NCBI RefSeq assembly: GCF_018977255.1
Contig: NW_024704757.1
Span: 13,144,001-13,208,000 of the forward strand
DNA: 64,000 nt
Reading direction: 5' to 3'
Source: Callorhinchus milii
Lineage: Eukaryota
Positions 1 to 10,555 of the stretch are shown one piece after another. The translations under genes were made by a program, and so were the position numbers. Position 1 is the stretch's first letter, and the number at the start of each line of letters is the position of its first letter. A model generated the notes under the pieces. That model was not told the origin of the DNA and made no database searches. It was given only the letters and a program-made list of their open reading frames with translations.

Positions 1-1626
1 AATCCACGAGGGATTAAAATACTTTTCCAATTGGTCTTTTTATTGGGTTCTCATGTAGGTTCACAAAAAACAACTTGGATTTATATAGCGCCCTCCACGC
101 TGGACGGCGTCTCAGAACGCTTCACAGTAATGGATCCCGGGACTGGGAAAAAATGAACCTATGCAATGTTTCTATTTCAAATGTTGATCTATCTGTTATT
201 TTATAACTTTTTCTGTTTTGCTGTTCTCCACAAGTGTCTATTTCTCTATCTGACCAATTCACGTTTGAAAGTTTTTTTCCCCTCACAACAGTATATAATC
301 TTATTTCATTATTTTTGTTCCCTTATGTGCTTGATTTCATAAGCTTTCTCATGCAGAGAGTTTCACCTGGACTTTCTTGCAGATTTAGACAGTTAAACGG
401 TCCACGCAGGATTGTGGAAGGTAGGTATAGATAGTTAGACGAAGGAAGTAAAGACTGAAAATAGCAAGAGTTAAACATTCTTGCAATCCTGGTGTACTAT
501 ATGGAGGGTTGAGAAAAGGGAAGTGCTCATTTGCAGACACTGTCAAAAGCTTTAAAAGGTCTCATCAATGACAGGTGAATCCACAAAGTGTTCAAGAGCA
601 GCGTTCCGGAGAGGAGTAGCTGGGAATATCTTCAATTGTGGATTGGCTATGCCAAAAGTCGTACTGGTAATCTTGAATTATATCAGCACCTTTCTGATTG
701 AAGACTAATTTTAAGAGCGAGTCCAACACTTATGCTGAAAAGCACAGAATAGGAACCTGAAAGCAAGAGGCATCTCCTTTCTTGAGGATAGAATGAACAC
801 AAGCAAAAGAGAAGGAATGATAGGAGAGTTGAAGAGATGACAAAGGACCGAAAATAGATCAGAGATGCATATTGAGGACAATAAGGTTTACAATTGAGAG
901 GTATAATTATTTGAGTCCAGGACCCAGCAGAAACGATGGGGATAATGTTTGAGGGAGATAAATGTGTGGTTTGTCTGAGGCTATTCTGTAAGACACAGAT
1001 AAAGAGAAGTGATCAGAAGAGCCCAGGCTTGAGGAAACATATGGAAACTAAAAATAAAGACTGGATTTTTTCTCTAGAGAGAGAGAGGGGGATGTCAGTG
1101 GGTGGTGGGGGGTGTCAGTGTGTGGGTGGGGGGGGTGTCAGTGGGTGGGGGGGGTGTCAGTGGGTGGGGGGGTGTCAGTGGGTGGGGGGTGTCAGTGGGT
1201 GGGGGGGGTGTCAGTGGGTGGGGGGGGTGTCAGTGGGTGGGGGGGGTGTCAGTGGGTGGGTGTGGGGGGGGGGTGTCAGTGGGTGGGTGTGGGGGGAGTG
1301 TTAGTGGGTGGGTGTGGGGGGGTGTCAGTGGGTCTGGGGGGGGGTGTCAGTGGGTGGGGGGGTGTCAGTGGTGGGGGGGTGTCAGTGGGTGGGGGGGTGG
1401 GGGGTGTCAGTGTGTGGGTGGGTGTGGGGGGGTGTCAGTGTGGGTGGGTGTGGGGGGGGGTGTCAGTGGTGGGTGTGGGTGTGGGGGTGTCAGTGTATGG
1501 GTGGGTGTCAGTGGGTGGGTGTGGGGGGGTGTCAGTGTGTGGGGGGGGGTCAGTTGTGGGTGTGGGGGGTGTCAGTGGTGGGTGTTGGGGGGGGTGTCAG
1601 TGGTGTCAGTGGTGTGGGGGGTGTCA
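1..1626 (-). repeat. Inverted near-identical copy of CLCN7 intron 1 (about 28250-29922)
   Basis: 1-1091 is the reverse complement of about 28830-29922 with a handful of substitutions and a 1-nt indel, then continues into the same minisatellite up to the N gap. Confidence 0.95.
1092..1626. repeat. G-rich minisatellite (GnTGTCAGTGGGT)n
   Basis: Tandem GTGTCAGT cores separated by G runs; reverse complement of the 27370-28830 array. Confidence 0.95.
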
Positions 1627-1651
1627 NNNNNNNNNNNNNNNNNNNNNNNNN
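1627..1651. other. Assembly gap (25 N)
   Basis: N run. Confidence 1.
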
Positions 1652-1935
1652 GGGCGCTCCACCACCGCCACCACCGCCCACCAGCAGAGGGCGCTCCACC
1701 ACCACCACCACCACCGCCCACAGCAGGGGGCGCTCCACCACCACCACCCCATCACACCACTGGGGCGCTCACCACCACCCACAGGGGGCGCTCCACCACC
1801 ACCGCCCACCCACAGGGGGCGCTCCACCACCACCACCACCATCACCACCCACTGGGGGCGCTCCACCACCACCACCACCGCCCACAGAGGGCGCTCCACC
1901 ACCACCACCACCACCACCGCCCACTGGGGGCGCTC
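1652..1935 (+). repeat. Tandem repeat with 9 GGGCGCTC cores and (CCA)n spacers; CTCF-motif-like units
   Basis: Units such as CCAGCAGAGGGCGC (1681-1694), ACAGCAGGGGGCGC and CCCACAGGGGGCGC at about 22-40 bp spacing. Confidence 0.85.
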
Positions 1936-2144
1936 AGGATCACTTTAAAGGGTCTTATAATAATAATAATAATAATAATATTAATAACTAATAACAGTCC
2001 CGACATTCGACACAGCGCCTCATCGCGTCTTCGAGACGTCTCAAAGCGCTTCACAGAATACACTGCAAAGTGAATTGACTGTATTTTGTGGGCGAAACGC
2101 GGCAGCGAATTGCAAACGGCGGCAAATCATCATCGTCGTCGTCG

Positions 2145-2673
2145 TCTATACTAATAAAGACGAAATGTCCGTCTGTCTGTCCACCAAGAACCTTCTCTAC
2201 AGTACAGACGTGATTTATCCCTCATCGGAAAGGTCTTGCAAGTGGGAGTGTCACGGGCATATTTTTTGTTCCGGGGACCTCCTCTCGTTGATGAGCTACG
2301 TTCAAAAAATATAGTCAAAAATTCTTTAATTAAGTCCCCAATAAAGGTACGTATGGTATCCTGCAACAAAATAGTGACAGAGCACACACAGCCTTCCAGA
2401 GAGATGCATCTATACTGATAAAAACAAAATGTCTGTCTGTGTGTCAGAAGTCCTCCCACAGGAGTCCTCCCACAGGAGTCCTCCCAAAAGGATATGTATC
2501 CAGATATGGACGCTAATGAGTTCAATAGCACATTTTCTCAAGCCTTTCAAGGACCATTGACTATAAGTCTCAATAGTATAAAGGTCAAAAATATTAATTT
2601 GAGATATTATTTAACACATTAATTGCAGAATCCTACATTTGGTTGCAAGCGAAGCTGCAACGGGTGCAGCTTG
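2145..2673 (+). mobile_element. Non-autonomous Helitron-like element, copy 1
   Basis: 5' TCTATACTAATAAAG, a second internal 5'-end A|TCTATACTGATAAAA at 2409, 3' hairpin GTTGCA-AGCGAAGC-TGCAAC followed by CTTG|T (degenerate CTRR). A homologous copy lies at 44556-45558. Confidence 0.65.
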
Positions 2674-2789
2674 TGATAAACAATAAAATATAACAATAAC
2701 AAATAATCCTCACACGTGATAAAGTGTGCATGACTTGTCACCTCGCCGAGCCGTCTCAAAGCACTTCACACAATATACGGTGGATTGCC

Positions 2790-3005
2790 ATGGCCATCTA
2801 TGTATGTCAGGACAGCAGTGGTCCTGGAGTTGAGGGTGGGGGCAGAAAGATAAAGTTGGGTGTCATCCGCATACATGTGGAAGTTGACCCCATGTCTGCG
2901 GATGATGTCACCGAGGGGGAAGATTAAAGAGGAAGGGGCCAAGGACAGAGCCCTGGGGGACGCCAGACGTGACAGTGCGGGGGCTGGAGGAGAAACCGTG
3001 AGCGG
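2790..3005 (-). mobile_element. L2 RT fragment
   Basis: [16 protein letters not shown] and [17 protein letters not shown] in shifted frames. Confidence 0.85.
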
Positions 3006-4916
3006 CAACAAAGTGGAGAAATAAATGCAAGTTGTCGTCGTTTAAGATATCCAAAGGTTCCAGTCTTAGCTCAAGTTGATATTGTAAAACATTATTCAAC
3101 AGGTGCTCGGGTCTCTGATAGCACTGATCATACTATTTGCTGAGTGATTCTCTCCCCTGCCACTATTGCCTGGAGCCACATCCTACCAGGTTTCCGGTTC
3201 TCCAGACCTCTCTGGTGCACGGGGAAAAGCTACAGCTTACACAAGAAGGAGAGACCTTCGTCTTCATTCCGAAAGGTAATGCAATAGATTTATCTTGTGA
3301 TCTTACGAACAGTATTTGAGCAACATCGGGTATAGATGAGCGCGAGACACCACAGAGAACTTCTTAGCAAATAATATTATCAGTCCTGTAACAGACGCGG
3401 TCACCTGTATAATCATATTTTACAGTATTATCGTTATCTAACACTGGAATCTTCAGAAAGCACTATATCGAATGCAAGGGTTATTATTCACATTGTTTTT
3501 ATTATTATTTATGTCGCGGCATATGTTGAAACAGTGTATGTTTTAAAGTAAGACGGCGTGTCGTCAAAAAGGTTCAATCATTTTGAACGCTTTACAGGGA
3601 CTTTTTTCTAAAACAATGGGGCTCTGTTTATTCCGAGATGAAAGAACCATCAAAAAAATCAATTGCATTCCTGAAGCGTTTGGCTCTCCTATTCTTACAT
3701 TCCAATCCCAACCAAATCTATTTCCCCCCAATGCTCGGGTCCTGACCCAACTGTCCAGCGCCTTGGGACGTCCTCCCGACGTGAAAGGCGCTCTCTAAAT
3801 GGAATCTTGTTGTTGTTGTTGTTGTATTTTTCTTCGCCTCCACCACATTGCCCGCCTCTGCCCCTATCTCGCGACAAATGAGACCAAATACAATCGTCCC
3901 TGAGCCATCCACAAGATCAAACTAATCCGAAAATCCATTGCCAGAATCCTCACCCCCACCAAACTCCGCACCCCATTGCTCGCGAGGCTCCTCCGGCTCC
4001 CTGCCTCCCAATGGATGAAACTTCAAGGGTCTCACACTCACCTAAATCCCTTCACACCCGAGTAGCGCCCTCGATTATTCAACCCCATTTCTCCGCTTAA
4101 CCCCTCCGCTTGGCAAACCTCGGCTTGCTGCACCCCTTTGTGCACCTCCATATGTTGCGAAAACCTTCAATCAATGTGTCCCTGACCACTGAAACTAAAT
4201 TAAGCAATAAAATTGTGCAATAATATGGTGGATACATTGAAGGAAACGATTGCAAAACAGTTGCTTCAAATGTAACGTGAGATGTGGAAAGACTGAGTAG
4301 AACGATTGACTTCAATTACAATTGTAATTAATAAATGGAGTGACTGTGCAAAACTAGGATCTTTGTGAGAAGGAACTTTGCTCACAAAATACAACCCACT
4401 TTACAATATATCCTGCAAAATGCTTTGAGACATCTCAGTAAAGTGAGAAGGTGCTACATCAAAGGAGTATTATTATTCTAAGTATCCAGACAGGCTTATT
4501 TACGTTGGTGCACAACATAAAAATTCATATAAAGTACATCTGGATGACTAAACCATTGTGTATTCTGCCTTCTTCCATGATCCAGGTTAATTAGAGTTGG
4601 TGAGAACATCTTGAATCATGAAATCATGAAAATTACAGCGTAAGAGGAGACCATTTGACCCATCGAGTTGGTACTAACTTGTTGCTCTTTCAGCAGAACT
4701 AACTGTAAAAGTTTTCTCCTGAACACACTCAGTCCGCTGAACACAATCTTACGTTTCTTTAATTGTTTGGATGTATCCTGTTTTGTTTTAAATTTTGACT
4801 GAAGTGATAGTTAACGTGTTGACAAGTTGCTTTACATTGTGAATTCAAAATGAGCATTTTCTATTATTTGTAATGAATCTAATTTGTAATTTTGTTTGCA
4901 ATACAGTGTGTCCGCT

Positions 4917-7900
4917 ATGCATCATCTTCTAACAGTGTTCGCCCTCGCCTGTGGGCTGAGCATTGCCGGCTCAGTACGAATATGTGCCTTTAATATTAGA
5001 TCCTTCGGAGACAGCAAAATATCGAATGAAACCATTTCTACCGTCATTGTTGATGTAAGTCTCAATTACTAATTAAAATATTTCATTGTGAACATTTGGA
5101 TCGCATTAGCCGATATTACTGAAATTTTGCTAATTCTTGTGGGCAGAAATATCGCTTGAGCATAGAATCACTCTTAAAAGAACATCTTAAAAGAACTTAT
5201 AGAAAACCAGCTCCAAAGTTAAGAGTTAATTCAACGATTTGCCAATTCTGGATCATTGAAAATGCTACGTAAATATAGTGAAATCTAGACCCAGGTGGAG
5301 TTTTTCCCAGTTGAGTCTATTTAATTACAGTTAATGATTTATAATTTGATATGAACCAATTCTAGCGTTTTCCATGTTTGGGTTTCTGGTTGTCACTTCC
5401 CATTCCTGACGCTCTTTCTTATATGGCTTTTTAGGGCTAATATTAGAGGCATCTTAACCCCCAATATTTCATGCTTCGAACAAAATGCTCACTCCAGTCA
5501 ATCGTTGTCTGTGAGCAAACATAGAATTATATACAGTAGAACATTACAGCACAGAAACAGGCCATACAGCCCAAATATTCCACACAAGTCTCTACCCCTT
5601 TCTAATCCCTCTCCCATATCCCTTTATCCCCTTCTCCTTCATGTAGGCATTACATATAATCTTAAATTGTTACCTCAAACATCATAAAATGGATGAATAA
5701 TTATTAAAGACTCCTCTGATATGTTTCAAATTCAAATTACTGTATGAGTATATTTTTTTCTTTGTAGATCATCAAACGCTATGATATTGCTCTCATACAA
5801 GAAGTCCGTGATGAAAACCTGAGTGCTGTGAAATTGCTAATGGATAAACTCAATAGGTAAAGCTTAGATATTAAAGCGCAAACATGTTGTTAGATTATGC
5901 TACTGATAAACACAGATAAACATTTCTGCTGTTGAGGAACCTGGATTACGCTCATCACGTACAACCTTTGGGAGTGAGGATTAGTTTGGGAGGGAGCAAA
6001 ATTCACCAATGCTATATGATATATGAGGGAGAAGGGATTAAGAGGGGAATAGGGGGGATGATGGCTCATGTGGAGTATAAGCGATAGAGTATATGTCTTA
6101 CATAGAATTGCCCACATACACAGTATGTAACTTTTCTGACTTGTGTATTTCTTCAGAATTTAGCATCAAAGGTATTAAGTAGCACAATTATGATCTAATT
6201 AGAATTTGCTGTGGTTAGTAAATTCCTATAGAATCTCAGCAGTGTAATTTGACTTGAATAGTACTGTATATATGTATATATATATGATGCATGAGCATTT
6301 TTTGAATTCTTGTTAAATTTTTGTCATTTCTCCAGCGCCACTCCAAATACCTACTTGTATGAGGTCAGTGACCCACTGGGACGCAGCACCTACAAAGAAA
6401 GATACCTTTTTATTTACAGGTGAATGTTTTATAATAATAATAATATAATCCTTGCATTTGATACAGCGCCTTATCCCTCCGACTTGTTCTCTCCCTTCAC
6501 ATCGTTCAAGCTTGAGGTCCGTCTCAATATACTGTGAAGTGAATTGACTGCATATTTTGTGGGCGAAACGTGGCAGCCAATAGCGCACGGCAGTGTCCCA
6601 CAAACAGTTGTGGAAATGAGTGACCAAATTATTATTAGTATTATTTATTCATTTATTTATGAATAATGTTTTGCAACCAGGTTTGACCAGAATTTTACAG
6701 CTTAGACTAGAGCATTCAATTCTCGCTGGCGTTTGAGACATTTCTTCCTTTGCTTTTGTCATAATCATGACATCTTCTCTCACTTGAACAGAAAAGCGGT
6801 GGTGTCCGTAACCAGCTCTTATCATTATGACGATGGATCCGAGGAGATGGGAACTGACATTTTCAGTCGCGAGCCATTTGTTGTGGAATTTTCTTCGCCC
6901 CATTCAGGTACTATAATTCCGTAGGTCACGTATAAGATTTACAAATATTTACTTAGGTTCATGTTCCCCGCTCTACCAATTCCATCATTGGCGGGTGGTC
7001 TTTCAGCCTATCTGTCCCCACTCTCTGCAACTCTGTTCCAGAATCTCTCCAACCTGTTCTCTCTCTTCACATCGTTCAAGCTTAAGGTCCGTCTCAATAC
7101 CTACCTCTTTGATACAGCCAATTTGTTCACAGCAATGTCCCACCAACAGCAATGAAGTGAATGACCATTTTTTTTTATTTGGGGTATTGTTGGCCAAGAC
7201 ACAAAGTCTTCTTTTTGAATAGTGCCATTGGATCTTTAATGTCCACCTTAATTTAATATCTCATCGGAAAGACAACACCTCCAGCATAACTTTAGAGAGT
7301 CAGCCTAAATTCAGAATTAAAGCTCATTAACAGGTAACCAAAAAATTCAATTTGTTCATTGCCGCTCCCCTCGTTTTGAAATCGACGGATAGTTACTTTG
7401 TTCATGGAGATCAACCAGATGATCAGACTTGTGAGTTGCTTGCATGTATTTTTTGCTTGAAAACTAAAAGATTTCATTTTTTCTCTTTTAGCTGTTCAAG
7501 ACTTTGCTATTATCCCACAGCACACTTCACCAACAGAAGCGGTGAAGGAAATAGATGCACTTTATGATGTCGTTCTTGATGTTAAGAAAAGATTGGGAAT
7601 TGAAGTAAGACGCTGAACCATGTTAATCATTCAAAATCTAAGACACTTAGACAAATTCATGAATTTAAGTAATTGTCTTCATCTCTGACCAACAGGACAT
7701 GCTGATCATTGGAGACCTTAATGCGGGTTGCTCTTATGTGAAACAATCTGATTGGGCTCAGATTCGCCTACGCGGTGACGGCCAATTCCAGTGGCTCATT
7801 CCAGACTCCGCAGACACCACCGTTGGCCATACAGAATGTGCTTATGATAGGTGATGGATCATTCTGTAAATGGGTTTTGTTACAAGATCAGATAGGGCAA

Positions 7901-9538
7901 TACTAGTACATTGCTCCAGATATCCTCTCCAATGTAAACACCGAGGGTGGCTTTATTAACCGTCATCGTGTACGTCTTCATCAGAACCACGTGGATGGAA
8001 AATAAATGTGGAACAAGTTCAGTGAGATCTCCAGTGGAAGAGAACTTCAAACATTTTAATCACAAGATGTTCAGATGAAGAAGGCACTTTGGTCCATTTA
8101 AGTCTTGTAGAATACCCTCCCCAACATCTTCTCATTAAAACATCAAGCTATTTCTTAGTCTAATGTCCTGACCTCAACCACCCTTCCTGGTTATTTTGTT
8201 CCAGCTGTTAATTATCCTCTATGGAATTCCACTCTATACTTATGGAAAATGTTATTTATTGCAGGTTTGTTTGTAATATATTTGACTATTTATCTGATAC
8301 AAAACATTAGGGAGCCAAATACAATTATGCCATATTTGCTTTTAGTCCTTCAAACCAACATATGAACAAGATCCAGTCAAAAACATAGCTCAAAGTTTTA
8401 TTTGAACCCGTGACTAAAATACACCAGTCTTATTTAGTGAATATAATGAGATTAATTCCCTTCAAATAATCAATATTATTTCACCTTCAGAATCATAGCC
8501 AGTGGCTCAGCAATGAAGAGTGCTGTAATTGTTGAAACTGCGGTTATTTACAACTTCCAAGAAGCTTTTAATCTCAGTGATGAAATGGTAAGTTTAGATT
8601 TTAATGACTAGCCCGTGACTTTCTTGTGTGGGAATGACACATCGCGCCTCTGGCAGATCAGTAACAAGTCAATCCTCTGTGGAATTGTAATAATATTCTT
8701 TGCATTTGACATAGCTCCTTATCATGTCATCGAGATATCTCAAAGCCCTTCACACAATATTTTGTAAAGTGAATTGACTGTATTTTGTGGGCGAATTGTA
8801 CCATGTCTAGAGGAAAGTTTATTTGTTGGTTTACAAGTCTTCCTCTGGTTTTGTAGCTTCTTGAATATATAATCAATACAAATGCTTTTGATTGGAAATT
8901 TTTGGTTAGCGGAAGTGGCCAAATGATTTTCCTTTTGCTGTGGAAGTAATTCCATTCGGATAGCACATTCGAAATGAAAACCCATTTTACCAGCATCGTC
9001 CAGATTACCAAAGCCATCAGAATTAATTTAAATACGTTGGGTATGTGCTTGTGCCTGAGAACATCCTTTCTGTGAACTAGATCTTCATTATCTACTGCCT
9101 TGTAATGAGAAAGTGAGTTAGATTGCCATTCAGCTTTGATCTTGGTTCCTTTCAATGTCTGTCACTCAATAAATTTCACCGGTTCCTGTAGAACGGTCAA
9201 CCCCCAACCACCCCCCGGCTTGGCAATGTGCCAAGGGCTCTGGGACCCTTCCCTGTGTGAGGGGTGCTGTGTAAATGCAAGTTGTTGTTGTTATGTGCAT
9301 GTTGTTGTGATCAGGGAGCCTCAGCCCTTTCTCGAAGCGCACGTGGAGCCAAAACAAAACGGCACTGACCAAAGCCAAGCAGAAATCTGTAGATGTGCCT
9401 AAACTCTCCTTCCGAATGAACGCCAGCCCATCTGGATATAAACAAATTCTCCTCTCCACCAACTGCTGTTCTCTTTATTTGCAGGCTCAGGCAGTGAGTG
9501 ACCATTATCCAGTGGAAGTGAGTCTTCGCGCTGCATAA
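4917..9538 (+). CDS. DNASE1: Deoxyribonuclease I-family gene (DNASE1/DNASE1L2 lineage), 8 coding exons, 281 aa
   Basis: Exons 4917-5054, 5768-5856, 6336-6419, 6792-6907, 7492-7604, 7696-7850, 8491-8587, 9485-9538; all GT-AG, phases compatible, 846 nt. Signal peptide [19 protein letters not shown], then [45 protein letters not shown], catalytic His motifs PQHTSP and [26 protein letters not shown]. Position next to ECI1 matches human DNASE1L2, so the symbol is uncertain. Confidence 0.93.
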
Positions 9539-10555
9539 AGAAGTCAATGAAACTGCACAAGTAGATCCTTCACGACCAGGAAACATGCCTTATAACAGAC
9601 ATAAAGCTTCATATCTGACTAGTCAAAATACCGTAGAGATTAAGCTCCAAGAAGGGCAGTGTATACCACATCTTCTCATTTCACAACTTTAGTGTTCAAT
9701 AATAATAATAATCTTAATATAATTTTAATTAGTAGGTAATGCCAAAATGTAGTGTATAAAATTAAGAAAATTTTGCAAAAACAGTGGATTCTGGAAAATC
9801 ACTCTCATTAACTGTACTTTCCTCCTAGAGATAATAAAAGCATTGGATTTGTTGTTTAATAAACAAAACACATGATTAAAACCCCTGAAGGCAATCCAGC
9901 AGTTCATTTTCACAAACCAAAAGGTATCATTTTGCATAAAATTAAACACAGTGCAGAATCAGAATGCAGTGTTGAAATCTAAATTCAGTCCCAGTAATCT
10001 GTAGGAAATTTCATTTTTTCTTGAAGAATGCGAATTATTAAAAAAAAGAGCACCAAGAAAAGTCTTCCACAAAACAGAAACTAGTAACAATGATTTGTCA
10101 TGCAATACAAAATTACATTTGTATAGTGCCTTTCATACACATTCAAACTGATGATCGATTGCTGCTACATCTGAAACAAAACTTGTGGGATAAAGATTTG
10201 ACTGAAGCAGGTTTTGGCACACATGTGTTTCATCATTCCTCTAAAAGAACTTCGCCAAAGACAAGATTTGTTGTTTGACTTAATTGCTCAGCTAGCTACA
10301 GCTAATTGACAGCTAAATTAGGTACTTTAAGGTTTTACATCACATAAACAGTTGAATTCACATTGCATAGGTTTTCCAAAACAATTTGGAGAAAAAAAAA
10401 GGAAAATTCGTAAACGGATAGGATTAGAGTGATTCTTTTTGTTTAAAAAATCTGTTGTGCTATTGAAACAAGATAAGAATCAGGTAGGAATCCTAGACAT
10501 TATAATGCATCAGAATGCGTACATACTAAAGACCCATTTTAAGTTCACAAATGAT

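Noticed and set aside
936-2073. Long Gly/Val/Trp/Cys-rich and His/Pro-rich ORFs (also 27243-28987 on minus)
   Set aside because: Translations of stop-free minisatellites; some read through N gaps.
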